From: Solirubrobacteraceae bacterium
GTDB lineage: Bacteria > Actinomycetota > Thermoleophilia > Solirubrobacterales > Solirubrobacteraceae
Direction: 5' to 3'
Assembly (NCBI GenBank): GCA_050696515.1
Contig: JBOGYA010000001.1
Coordinates: 1 to 46,271, forward strand
Length of the DNA stretch: 46,271 bases
The translations under genes were made by a program, and so were the position numbers. The notes under the pieces are model-generated. The model was not told the DNA's origin, made no database searches, and saw only the letters and a list, made by a program, of their open reading frames with translations. This document shows positions 9,767 to 19,102 of this stretch, piece after piece (within the stretch, counting starts at the first letter, position 1; each line of letters opens with the position of its first letter).

Positions 9767-10372
9767 TCATCCCGCCCGGCGGTAGCAGATGTGCGTCGCC
9801 AGTGGGGAATGAAGGACCTCGTCGGGCTCGAAATCGAACTCGGCGACGCCGGTGAATATCCCCTCGCCGGACCCGAGTAGAACGGGGACGATGTCGAGCC
9901 AGAGCTCGTCGATGACGCCCGCCAGCAGCGCTTGGCGGACGGTCGAGGCGCCGCCCGCGATGTCGATGCCGTCTGCGCCGGCAGTCTCGCGGGCCTGGGC
10001 GTAGGCGGCGTCGAATCCATCGGTGACGAAGTGAAACGTCGTCCCGCCCTCCATCTCGATCGGCGCGTGAGTGTGATGGGTTAGGACGAACACGGGCGCG
10101 TGGTAGGGCGGCTCGGGCCCCCACCAGCCCGACCACTCCTCGTACCACTCGCCGCGGATCGGGCCAAACATGTTGCGGCCCATGACGTAGGCGCCGCGGG
10201 GACGCAGCAAACGGCGCTCGGCGGTGGCGTCCGCCTCGTTCGCGCGCTCGTCGCCAAGGTGCCAGCCGTGAAGCTCACGGCCCCGCTTGCCGAGCGGGTT
10301 TGCGCGGCTTTGATCTGGCCCGGCGACGAAGCCATCGAGGGAGATCGACATGTGGCAGGTGGTGTCAGCCAT
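9767..10372 (-). CDS. Dihydrofolate reductase family (RibD C-terminal-like) protein
   Basis: MSISLDGFVAGP, VMGRNMF, PVFVLTHH, IAGGAST, IDELWLDIVPVLLGSG. Confidence 0.9.
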   Translation of the reverse strand: MADTTCHMSISLDGFVAGPDQSRANPLGKRGRELHGWHLGDERANEADATAERRLLRPRGAYVMGRNMFGPIRGEWYEEWSGWWGPEPPYHAPVFVLTHHTHAPIEMEGGTTFHFVTDGFDAAYAQARETAGADGIDIAGGASTVRQALLAGVIDELWLDIVPVLLGSGEGIFTGVAEFDFEPDEVLHSPLATHICYRRAG

Positions 10373-10389
10373 TACTCTCTTCCAAAAGG

Positions 10390-10620
10390 CTATCCGTTGC
10401 GCAGCGCGGCGGCGAAGCGCTCGACGATCGCTGCCGCCGGCTCCACTGCGGTAATCGCACCCACGCTTTGGCCGGCGTACATCGCCATCGCCTCGACGTC
10501 GCCCTCCATGCCCGCGAGCGGCACGTTGGCCGCGTAACGCGGGATGCCGCTGGCCACCTCCTCACCCTCCCCTGGGCGCTCGCCTGACAGCGGGCTGCCG
10601 ACGGTCTCCCAGCGCTCACG
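10390..10620 (-). pseudogene. 3' fragment of a nitronate monooxygenase family gene
   Basis: GERPGEGE..PRYAANVPLAGMEGDVEAMAMYAGQSVGAITAVEPAAAIVER resembles the NMO C-terminus; the N-terminal part is absent. Confidence 0.72.
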
Positions 10621-10691
10621 ACGAGACCCTACCGCGTCGAGCCGCACCTGCTCTCGCCCGCCCCGAGACCGTGCAGCGAATCGCTCGGACG

Positions 10692-10758
10692 GTCTCAGAT
10701 GGATGAGCCGCCGACGGTCTCACATGAATGAGATTGGACTGTCTCAGATCGGTGGGAC
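10692..10758. repeat. GTCTCA-N6-TGAGAC palindrome cluster C
   Basis: Units 10692-10709, 10717-10734, 10741-10758 (linker TGGACT); a further degenerate unit at 10836-10853. Confidence 0.85.
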
Positions 10759-10961
10759 GCCGCACCGGCGCCTTTCGCCGCGCGTCCTACTGCGCGATCT
10801 GCCTGGAGGCCGCCCTGCGCTAGGTGCTCGCCGTCCTCGCGCATCGGTGGGACGCCGCAGTCGGGGAAGTATGCTTCCAGTCCGGCGAGGCTGAGTCGCA
10901 GAGATGCAGCCCGGCCTAGCATGTTCCAAGGACCAGCGAACGTCCGAGTGACAGGAGTCGT

Positions 10962-11450
10962 ATGCGCGAAAGAAACGCCGTGCGGGCCGGGGTGCTGCGT
11001 CAGCGCAGGGCCAGACTAGTCGTGTGCACGTTGTTGGGCGCGACCCTGCTCGGGGTCAGTGCATACGCGGAATCGCCAAAGTCGGTAAAGATCACGCGCT
11101 GCGGCTATGTAAACGCCACCTATGGCAGGAGTGCACTGTACCCCTGGCACATGTCGTGCGCCGTGGCGCGCAACGTGGTTACAGCGAGCGACAGTCCTCA
11201 CACCCACGTGATCGATTTCGGGCCGGGCTGGGATGGCGGCGCCATGCGCATCAACGGCCGCTACTGGGTCTGCACAGGCCAAATGGGCTTCTACAACTGC
11301 GGCTATCCGTACCGGCCGCGGAAGATCGACGGAGCGCAGGGCTACAAGGGGCCCTTCACCAAGGACGTGGAGTACCGGACGTGCTCCGCGATCATGCCCG
11401 CGGGCTCAGGGTGCCCTGAGACGGTCGAATTCAGTCAGCCCCAGAGCTGA
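10962..11450 (+). CDS. Hypothetical secreted Cys-containing protein
   Basis: RBS AGGAG, signal-like LVVCTLLGATLLGVSAYA, six Cys in the mature part. Confidence 0.7.
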   Translation: MRERNAVRAGVLRQRRARLVVCTLLGATLLGVSAYAESPKSVKITRCGYVNATYGRSALYPWHMSCAVARNVVTASDSPHTHVIDFGPGWDGGAMRINGRYWVCTGQMGFYNCGYPYRPRKIDGAQGYKGPFTKDVEYRTCSAIMPAGSGCPETVEFSQPQS

Positions 11451-11626
11451 CGGCTGCCCCGCGCGATGAGACGCCGCAGGACGACACCAGTGGCGACGCT
11501 CCCTACACTTCAAGGGCCGTGTCGACACATCCTGCGAGCCAGAGCGAACCCGAGCACTTGGAGCTCCCGGTCGAGGAACTGCTGCGCCGAGATCGTCGCC
11601 GACACCTATCACGCGAGGAGCATGCG

Positions 11627-12133
11627 ATGAGCACACCGACGACCGAGCTGGACGACCGGTTCAGCGCCCCGGACGCGTCTCCGATCAGCTGGGAGGACAC
11701 GCGCCGTGCGCTCGAGGCGGCCGAGCTGTTCTGGATCTCGACCGTCCGCACAGACGGGCGCCCGCACGTCACGCCGCTGGTCGCCGTGTGGCTCGACGAC
11801 GCGCTGCATTTCTGCACTGGGCCGACCGAGCAGAAGGCGCGCAACCTCGCGTCCAACCCGCACGTCGTGCTGACGACCGGCGCCAACGACTGGCAAGACG
11901 GCGTGGACATCGTGGTCGAGGGTCGCGCGCAGCCGGTGAGCGACGAACGCCGCCTGCACGAGCTCGCGGACGCATGGGCGCGGAAGTGGGACGGCCGCTG
12001 GACATACGAGGTCGGTGAAGGCGGATTCCGCCATCCCGGCCACGGCGTCGCGCTCGTGTACGCCGTCGCGCCGGCGAAGGTGCTCGCGTTCGGCAAGGGG
12101 ACGTTCAGCCACACCCGCCATCGTTTTCGCTGA
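11627..12133 (+). CDS. Pyridoxamine 5'-phosphate oxidase (PPOX-class) family protein
   Basis: RBS GAGGAG; FWISTVRTDGRPHVTPL, EQKARNLASNPHV, VVEGRA. Confidence 0.9.
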   Translation: MSTPTTELDDRFSAPDASPISWEDTRRALEAAELFWISTVRTDGRPHVTPLVAVWLDDALHFCTGPTEQKARNLASNPHVVLTTGANDWQDGVDIVVEGRAQPVSDERRLHELADAWARKWDGRWTYEVGEGGFRHPGHGVALVYAVAPAKVLAFGKGTFSHTRHRFR

Positions 12134-12216
12134 CGCCGCGGACCAAATCGATCAGCGCCCGCCGGTCGGGCGGCGGCGCCGGACCGCTCCACGCGGCGTC
12201 CGCCCATGCGGCACTC

Positions 12217-12468
12217 TTGGTCGCTCTGCTGCTGTCCATCGACACCGGCAGTCTCGCCCACGCTGCGACAGAGCCGGGCTCGTGCGCGACCGTCGCCGCG
12301 GCGATCGAGACGGTCAACGCGGCTCTCCCCCCGCTCGAGCGGGTCGAGGCGCACACCATCCTCGCGCAGCCGTGGCTCCCCGGCGCCGAGCTGACGGAGA
12401 CCCTCAAGCTGCGCCGAGCGCAGATCGAGACGAAGTACGCCGCCGAGATCGAGGCGCTCTACGCATGA
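12217..12468 (+). pseudogene. 3' fragment of an AMP-dependent long-chain acyl-CoA synthetase
   Basis: ETVNAALPPLERV..WLPGAELTETLKLRRAQIETKYAAEIEALYA matches the FACL C-terminus; the rest is missing. Confidence 0.75.
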
Positions 12469-12610
12469 GGCGCCCGGTCAGCGCGGTAGGCGATACGCGT
12501 GAGGGTCAACGTCCCCGAAGCGCGCCGGTCTGGTTGAATGCACCGCGTATTCCGGAGCGACGCACCGGCGATTGCTCTGGGCTTGAGTCAGCGGCCGAGT
12601 GGGGGACGCA

Positions 12611-13480
12611 GTGGGTGAGCACGAAACCATCGAGCAGCGTGCGGAGGTCGAGGATCCCGGTTATGCGCTCAGCGCCTCCAGCGACCACGAGCACGAGCGA
12701 CTGCGTCGCCAGGCCGAGCGGTTTGCGCCGTTCACCCGCCGCTTGCTGAAACGCGCGGGGATCAAGTCTGGGATGCGGGTGCTCGACGTCGGCTGCGGCC
12801 CGGGCGACGTCAGTTTTCTGGTCTCTGAGCTGGTCGGCCGTGACGGTAGCGTCATCGCCATCGAGCGCGATTGGGACGCCATCGCGACCGCGCGGGCGAG
12901 AGCGACCGAAGCCGAGACCGCGAACGTCGAGTTCATCCACGGTGACTTCCGCGACGTCGAGCTCGACGGTGGCCCGTTCGACGCGCTCGTCGGACGAATG
13001 GTGCTGATGTACCAGTCCGACCCTGCAGCAGCAGTGAGCGCCGGCGCGCGCCACCTGCGATCGGGAGGTGTGGCGGCCTTCGCGGAGATGTCGATGCAGC
13101 TCGACCTCCCGGCTGAGCGGATTTGCTGGCCGCGGACGACCGCGTTCGAAACGGCATGCCGGTGGGTGTACGCCGCATTCGGCGGCCTCGGCACGCAGCC
13201 CGACATGGGCCTGCGGCTCCAGGAGACCCTCGCACAGGCCGGGCTGCTACCGAGCCCGGAGCTCGACACCCACGTCGCCATCGCCACCGGCGAGGATGCG
13301 GTCGAGACGCTTGTGGGCCTGATCCGCAGCATGTCGCCCGCGATCATTGCCAGCGAAGTAGCAACCGAGCAGGAGCTAGAGGCCAACACACTTGCCGAGC
13401 GCCTGCGTGATGACGCCGGCGCGATCGAACCAATCGTCATGTGGCCGATCGTAATCGGCGCTTACGCCATCAAGCCTTAG
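12611..13480 (+). CDS. Class I SAM-dependent methyltransferase
   Basis: HERLRRQAE, GMRVLDVGCGPGDV, FDALVGRMVLMY. Confidence 0.9.
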   Translation: MGEHETIEQRAEVEDPGYALSASSDHEHERLRRQAERFAPFTRRLLKRAGIKSGMRVLDVGCGPGDVSFLVSELVGRDGSVIAIERDWDAIATARARATEAETANVEFIHGDFRDVELDGGPFDALVGRMVLMYQSDPAAAVSAGARHLRSGGVAAFAEMSMQLDLPAERICWPRTTAFETACRWVYAAFGGLGTQPDMGLRLQETLAQAGLLPSPELDTHVAIATGEDAVETLVGLIRSMSPAIIASEVATEQELEANTLAERLRDDAGAIEPIVMWPIVIGAYAIKP

Positions 13481-13709
13481 AAACCCGCGTCTAAGCGCGA
13501 TCAGCGCGACCGCGGACCGAATCCCCTGAGAGATCCCGCCCGCAAGGCCGCTCTGCCCTACCGGCGCTACATCAGGTGTGTTTGGTTCGAAGCGCACAGA
13601 GCGAGAAAACGGCGTCGAAGAGGCCTGTTGATGCCCGCTCTCAGCACCGATGTTGACCCGCTCGCGCGTCCGACGCAGCTCGCCGATCTGAAAGCCGCTC
13701 GCCGCGAGC

Positions 13710-14357
13710 TCATGCCATCACCCTGTACTTGAGGTGCGTGACGCCAGGCGCCTCGACCGCCCGGACCTGCTCAAGCTCGATCTCGGCGCCCCCGAGGTTG
13801 TCGAAGAGGCGAGCGCCGTCCCCGAGCAGCACCGGAACGATGTGGAGCTCGAGCTCGTCCAGGAGCCCCGCCGCCAGATACTGCTGAATCACCTGGGCGC
13901 CACCCCAGAGCCGGACGTCCTGGCCGTCCGCGGACTCCTTCGCCCACTCCAGCGCTCGCTCGAGCCCGTCGGTAACGAAGTAGAACGTCGTGCCCCCTTC
14001 CATCTCGACCGGCTCGCGCGAGTGATGTGTGAGGATGAACACGTCGTTGTGGTACGGCGGGTCGTCTCCCCACCAACCCTTCCACTGCCCATCTGCCCAG
14101 TCCCCGCCGCCCACAGGCCCGAACATGTTGCGGCCCATCACGCCGGCCCCGACGTTTTCGAGCGTCTCCTCCATGATCCGCGTGCTCTCGTTCACCTCGC
14201 CGCCCTGCCTGTCATGCGACTTGCGCCAAGCGGCCAGCGAAAAGGCCCAGCCATGCAGTCGCTCTCCACCCTCGCCGAGCGGGTTCTCCTCGCTCTGGTT
14301 CGGGCCGGCGACGAATCCGTCCGCCGAGATCGAGATGTGACACCTGAGCTTGCTCAT
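13710..14357 (-). CDS. Dihydrofolate reductase family (RibD C-terminal-like) protein, paralogue 2
   Basis: RBS AGGAGG; ISISADGFVAGP, VMGRNMF, LDELELHIVPVLLGDG, VTHLKY. Confidence 0.9.
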   Translation of the reverse strand: MSKLRCHISISADGFVAGPNQSEENPLGEGGERLHGWAFSLAAWRKSHDRQGGEVNESTRIMEETLENVGAGVMGRNMFGPVGGGDWADGQWKGWWGDDPPYHNDVFILTHHSREPVEMEGGTTFYFVTDGLERALEWAKESADGQDVRLWGGAQVIQQYLAAGLLDELELHIVPVLLGDGARLFDNLGGAEIELEQVRAVEAPGVTHLKYRVMA

Positions 14358-14448
14358 TGCCCCTCCTGAGTATCGGCCGCTTGGACCGGGACATCGAAGT
14401 ATCGAGAACAGTTGCGGACACGGCGTCTGATCATCCACCGAGGGACGC

Positions 14449-14850
14449 TCAGTCAGCCCACCAGTCTCGCTGACCCTCCACGTCTTCCCGCGGGTTCTCG
14501 CCGAGGTTGGGCGCGCCGAAGACGAGGATCTCGAGGCCCTCCGGCCCGGCCTCGTACCCTCGCCATGTACCGGGCGGAACGCGCACGACGTCCCACTTCT
14601 TGACCTCGACGATCTCGTCGTCGAGCTTCATCCGCCCGCTCCCACCCACGACCACGAACACCTCCTCCTGCTCCTTGTGCGTGTGGCCGTACGGGAACCG
14701 GTAGTCGGGCGGGATGCGCTGATAGCTCAGGCCGGACTGCTCGAGCTCGAGCGCCTTACTCCCGAGACGGAACTCCAGGTCCGGCGCGCCGTCGAAGTTG
14801 GACCCGACGTCCGCCAGATCCTCTCTGAGGTTCCTGAGCGTGAACGGCAT
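14449..14850 (-). CDS. Cupin domain protein
   Basis: GHTHKEQEEVFVVVGGSG and VRVPPGTWR cupin motifs. Confidence 0.88.
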   Translation of the reverse strand: MPFTLRNLREDLADVGSNFDGAPDLEFRLGSKALELEQSGLSYQRIPPDYRFPYGHTHKEQEEVFVVVGGSGRMKLDDEIVEVKKWDVVRVPPGTWRGYEAGPEGLEILVFGAPNLGENPREDVEGQRDWWAD

Positions 14851-15050
14851 GGCCGCGATTCTACGGGTTCAATCTGCTGCACGGCTGGTCCGAGATGCAC
14901 CCCTGGCTCGCATGATCACCGAGCTCATCGACGAGCGCGAGGGCTAACACGGCACGCGAGCTGACGACGGCGTTTCAAGCGCGGGCGTCAGCACGGAAGA
15001 TCGGCCATCCGATCTCGGTCTCCCATTCGTCCGCCGCAGCTATGGAGCCC

Positions 15051-15488
15051 TCAGCCGATCCGCTCCGCCAGCTCGACGATGATCCCCTCCGGGCCGCGGA
15101 CGTAGCAGAGCCGATAGCTGTCTTTGTAGCGCTCTACCTCGCCAACGAGCTCCGCGCCGCGGGCTCGCAAGCTAGCGACGACGGCGTCGATGTCGTCAAC
15201 TGCGAATGCAACATGGCGGATGCCCGGGGCGTTCGCCGGCGCGTGCCGGCCGCCGCCCCGGCCCGACGGGGCGTGAAACTTCGCCAGCTCGAGCCGTCCG
15301 TGGCCGTCCGGGGTCTCCAACATCGCGATCTCCGCCCGGACGCCCTCGAGGCCCACCACGCGGTCCACCCAACCGCCCTCGACCGGTCTCTCGCCCTGCA
15401 GCTTGAGTCCGAGCTCGACGAAGAACGCCGTCGCGGCCGCGAGGTCGTCGACCACGATGCCTACGTGATCCATGCGTTGAATTGCCAT
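15051..15488 (-). CDS. VOC/glyoxalase family protein
   Basis: RMDHVGIVVDDL, GIRHVAFAVDDID, LCYVRGPEGIIVELAE. Confidence 0.92.
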   Translation of the reverse strand: MAIQRMDHVGIVVDDLAAATAFFVELGLKLQGERPVEGGWVDRVVGLEGVRAEIAMLETPDGHGRLELAKFHAPSGRGGGRHAPANAPGIRHVAFAVDDIDAVVASLRARGAELVGEVERYKDSYRLCYVRGPEGIIVELAERIG

Positions 15489-15553
15489 GCGCACGACGGT
15501 AGCGGAACGACGGCCCCAGCCGCAGCCTCTCCACCTCCAATTTATACCAAACA

Positions 15554-15642
15554 AGGGGCTCTCATGAGGCCCTGATTCGTGCCGCATAATCGCCCACGCT
15601 GAAACCAAAGACCAGGAGTGGAGCTGACCGGGTCAACTCCAC
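15554..15642 (+). promoter_or_regulatory. rph upstream region: imperfect palindrome, -10-like CATAAT and leader hairpin
   Basis: AGGGGCTCTCATGAGGCCCT (15554-15573), CATAAT (15585-15590), hairpin GTGGAGCTGACC-G-GGTCAACTCCAC (15618-15642) directly before RBS GGGAGG. Confidence 0.55.
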
Positions 15643-15655
15643 GGGAGGTGAGCGG

Positions 15656-18259
15656 ATGGGCTGCTACGTGTTGGATTTCCAGGAGATCGACCAGACCCAG
15701 GTTGCGGTCGTTGGCGGCAAGGGCGCGCTGCTGGGGGAGCTTTCGCGGATCGAAGGCATCTGTGTGCCGGCTGGCTTTTGCGTGACGACGGATGCCTTCC
15801 AGCGGATCCTGGCGCAAGCCCCGTCGATCGACGATCGGCTCGATCGGTGCTCGCGCCTGAAGCCGGACGACCGGAAGGCGATCCGCGCGCTCAGCGCGGA
15901 GATCCGCCGGGCCCTCGAAGGGATCGCCATCCCTGAGGATCTCGCGTCGGCGATCACGCGCCCGCTCGCCCGGCTCGGCGAGCAAACCGCCTACGCCGTC
16001 CGATCGAGCGCGACGGCGGAGGACTTGCCGAGGGCATCCTTCGCGGGCCAGCACGACACGTACCTGAACGTCGCGGGCCCGGCGGTGATCCTCCGGCACG
16101 TCAGCCGGTGCTGGGCCTCGCTTTTCACCGAGCGGGCCGTGACCTACCGCCTGCGGAACGGCTTCGACCACCGTAAGGTCCAAATGGCCGTGGTCGTGCA
16201 GCAGATGGTCTTCCCGCATGCGGCCGGCATCCTGTTCACGGCCGACCCCATCACGTCCAGCCGGAAGGTCGCCTCCGTGGAGGCCAGCTTCGGCCTCGGC
16301 GAGGCTCTGGTCTCAGGCCTGGTGAACGCGGACATCTACAAGGTGCGGGACGGCGACATCGTCGCCAAGGCCCTCGCCACCAAGCAGCTCGCCATCCACG
16401 CCCTGCCGGCTGGCGGGACGCAGGAACAGGCCATCGACCCGGAGCGCCAGGAGCAGCCAGCGCTGACGGATGCGCAGGTCGTGCAGCTCGCGCAGCTAGG
16501 CCGGCGGATCGAGGCGCACTTCGGGCGCCCCCAGGACATCGAGTGGTGCCTGGTCGATGGCGGCTTTCAGATCGTCCAGAGCCGGGCGATCACCACGCTG
16601 TTCCCCATCCCGGAGGTCGGCGACCGAGCCAACTACGTCTACGTCTCGGTCGGCCATCAGCAGATGATGACCGACGCCATGAAGCCCCTGGGGATCTCCC
16701 TGTGGCAGCTGACGGCCCTCCGGCCGATGTACGAGGCCGGCGGGAGGCTGTTCGTCGACGTCACCCAGGGCCTGGCGTCGCCAGCGAGCCGCGCCGGCCT
16801 CCTCGAGGCCCTGGGGAGGTCCGACCCGCTGATCCGGGACGCGCTGCAGACCATCCTCGAACGCGGCGACTTCATCCCGTCGCTCCCGGATGAAGACCCC
16901 ACCAGCCCCGGCGAGCCGGCCCCTGGCGGCGCGCCAGCCCCAATCGAGGCCGATCCAGCCATCGTCACCGAGCTGATCGAGCGCAGCCAAGCTTCCATCG
17001 CCGCCTGCAAGCGCGACATCGCGACGTTGTCCGGATCGGCGCTGTTCGACTTCATCCTGGCGGACATCCAGGAGCTGAAGCGGATCCTGTTCGATCCGCA
17101 AAGCCACCAGGTGTTCATGACAGCGATGGAAGCGACGTGGTGGCTCAACGAGCGGCTGCAGGAGTGGCTGGGCGAGAAGAACGCGGCCGACACGCTCACA
17201 CAGTCCGTCCCCCACAACGTAACGTCGGAGATGGGGCTGGCGCTCCTGACCGTCGCGGATGTGATCCGCCCGCATCCGGATGTGGTGGCTTTTCTGCGAC
17301 ACGTCGAGGACGAGGGCTTCCTGGACGAGCTGGCCAAGCTCGCGGGCGGGCTGCAAGCGCGAGACGCCATCCGGGCCTACCTCGACAAGTACGGCATGCG
17401 CTGCGTCGGCGAGATCGACATCTCCAGGCCGCGCTGGAGCGAGCGACCCACCACGCTCGTGCCCATGATCCTCGGCAACATCGAGAACTTTGAGCCGGGC
17501 GCCGGCGAGCGCCGCTTCGAGCAAGGGCGGCGGGAGGCGTGGAAGCAGGAGCAGGAGCTGCTGGGGCGCTTGCGGGCCTTGCCGGACGGAGAGCGGAAAG
17601 CCGCAGAGGCCAAGCGGATGATCGACCGCGTCCGGACCTTCATCGGGTATCGGGAGTATCCGAAGTACGGCATGGTCAGCCGCTACTTCGTCTACAAGCA
17701 AGCCTTGCTGGAGGAGGCCGAGCGCCTGGTGCAGACCCACGTGCTTGCAGAGCAGGAAGACATCTTCTACCTCACCTTCCAGGAGCTCCACGTGCTCGCG
17801 CGCACGAACCAGGTGGATGACCAGCTCATCAGCCGGCGCAAGGACGCGTTCTCCTCCTACCAAGCGCTCACGCCGCCCCGGGTGCTCACCTCAGATGGCG
17901 AGGTCATCGCCGGGTCCTACCGACGCGACGGTCTGCCGGCCGGCGCGCTGGTCGGCCTACCGGTTTCCGCCGGGACCATCGAGGGCCGCGCCCGCGTCAT
18001 CCTGGACATGGATGAGGCCGATCTGCAAGCGGGCGACATCCTGGTCACGGCCTACACGGATCCCAGCTGGGCGCCCCTGTTCGTCGCGATCAAGGGCCTG
18101 GTGACGGAGGTCGGGGGCCTGATGACCCATGGCGCGGTGATCGCACGGGAGTACGGCTTGCCGGCCGTCGTGGGGGTGGAGCATGCTACCCGGCTGATCC
18201 GGGATGGGCAGCGGATCCGCGTGCATGGAACCGACGGGTACGTCGAGATCCTGCCCTAG
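15656..18259 (+). CDS. rph: Rifamycin-inactivating phosphotransferase
   Basis: 867 aa; N-terminal PPDK/PEP-synthase ATP-grasp (VGGKGALL, AVRSSATAEDL, SFAGQ, QDIEW..QSR), central YVSVGHQQMMTD and GYREYPKY, C-terminal swivel His domain EVGGLMTHGAVIAREYG. This domain order is diagnostic of RPH. Confidence 0.93.
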   Translation: MGCYVLDFQEIDQTQVAVVGGKGALLGELSRIEGICVPAGFCVTTDAFQRILAQAPSIDDRLDRCSRLKPDDRKAIRALSAEIRRALEGIAIPEDLASAITRPLARLGEQTAYAVRSSATAEDLPRASFAGQHDTYLNVAGPAVILRHVSRCWASLFTERAVTYRLRNGFDHRKVQMAVVVQQMVFPHAAGILFTADPITSSRKVASVEASFGLGEALVSGLVNADIYKVRDGDIVAKALATKQLAIHALPAGGTQEQAIDPERQEQPALTDAQVVQLAQLGRRIEAHFGRPQDIEWCLVDGGFQIVQSRAITTLFPIPEVGDRANYVYVSVGHQQMMTDAMKPLGISLWQLTALRPMYEAGGRLFVDVTQGLASPASRAGLLEALGRSDPLIRDALQTILERGDFIPSLPDEDPTSPGEPAPGGAPAPIEADPAIVTELIERSQASIAACKRDIATLSGSALFDFILADIQELKRILFDPQSHQVFMTAMEATWWLNERLQEWLGEKNAADTLTQSVPHNVTSEMGLALLTVADVIRPHPDVVAFLRHVEDEGFLDELAKLAGGLQARDAIRAYLDKYGMRCVGEIDISRPRWSERPTTLVPMILGNIENFEPGAGERRFEQGRREAWKQEQELLGRLRALPDGERKAAEAKRMIDRVRTFIGYREYPKYGMVSRYFVYKQALLEEAERLVQTHVLAEQEDIFYLTFQELHVLARTNQVDDQLISRRKDAFSSYQALTPPRVLTSDGEVIAGSYRRDGLPAGALVGLPVSAGTIEGRARVILDMDEADLQAGDILVTAYTDPSWAPLFVAIKGLVTEVGGLMTHGAVIAREYGLPAVVGVEHATRLIRDGQRIRVHGTDGYVEILP

Positions 18260-18323
18260 CCGGGCCGGAGCTCGAAGCAGGCGCAGGTGCGTCATCGCCT
18301 CATCGGTTCCAGGGTCGCGTGCT

Positions 18324-18929
18324 TCACGTGGGCGGGGTCTCTGTTGGGGCGCGCTCGCGAACGCGCTCTCGCCAGACGCTCTCCATCTCGCGCAGCAGCG
18401 GGGGGTAGATCAGGTACCGGAACGGCTTGATCGCGGCCATGTATGCGGTCCCGAACAGTCCGTTTGGCCTGACGAGAACGGCCATCTGACAGCGGTAGCC
18501 GCCGGTGCCGTCTGCGACGAGGCCGATGTGCATGACGCCGTGCATGGTCTCGTTGGCGATCTCCGCCGCAAACTCATCGTCGAGCAGGTACAGCGACGTG
18601 AAAGGAAGTGCGTCGAACTCCGGGCCTGGGTGCTCGCGCAGATCCGCCGGCAACCGATCGTGGAGCGTCTGCACCCTCGTGCCAACGCCGGTGTCCGGAC
18701 CATCCCAGCCGAGCAATGCCCCGATCTTCCAGCGCATCGCGAACAGCATGCGAGCGGCGCGGGAGGAGCTTTGGGAGGGGTCGAACGACGCAATCAGCTC
18801 CGCCACCGCAGGGAAATCATCGGGAACGCTCACCACAGATGTCCCCCACACGTCCTCGAGCCGGAACTCGGCCGTGAGTTCGTGGATTCGCCAGTGGCGT
18901 GAGGTGTGCGCGGTGTCAGGGAGCCTCAT
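18324..18929 (-). CDS. DUF2867-like protein
   Basis: MRLPDTAHTSRHWRIHE, EIANETMHGVMHIG, VRPNGLFGTAYMAAIKPFRYLI. Confidence 0.8.
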   Translation of the reverse strand: MRLPDTAHTSRHWRIHELTAEFRLEDVWGTSVVSVPDDFPAVAELIASFDPSQSSSRAARMLFAMRWKIGALLGWDGPDTGVGTRVQTLHDRLPADLREHPGPEFDALPFTSLYLLDDEFAAEIANETMHGVMHIGLVADGTGGYRCQMAVLVRPNGLFGTAYMAAIKPFRYLIYPPLLREMESVWRERVRERAPTETPPT

Positions 18930-18943
18930 TCGGGACCTCGATA

Positions 18944-18959
18944 TATACGATACCGTATA
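18944..18959. promoter_or_regulatory. Operator-like palindrome
   Basis: TATACG-ATAC-CGTATA in an AT-rich patch 14 bp upstream of the DUF2867 start. Confidence 0.55.
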
Positions 18960-19102
18960 AATAGAGGCTAGCAGCAACTACTGAGGACCGCACCCATGCC
19001 ATCAGGAGAGCACGATTCGCGCCTTCCCTCAGCCGGCGAACGCCGGGCGAGAAGCTCGATGCTCCATCGGCTCATGGTCCGCTGACGCCGGCGCGGCCTG
19101 CG

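Noticed and set aside
6987..10758. GTCTCA palindromes as a CRISPR array, integron attC sites or parS
   Set aside because: Linkers are only 4-7 bp with no unique spacers and no cas genes; there are no RYYYAAC/GTTRRRY ends or integrase; the half-site resembles parS GTTTCAC but the spacing differs.
15656..18259. PEP synthase / pyruvate phosphate dikinase call
   Set aside because: The His swivel domain is C-terminal and there is no pyruvate-binding barrel, so the architecture is RPH.
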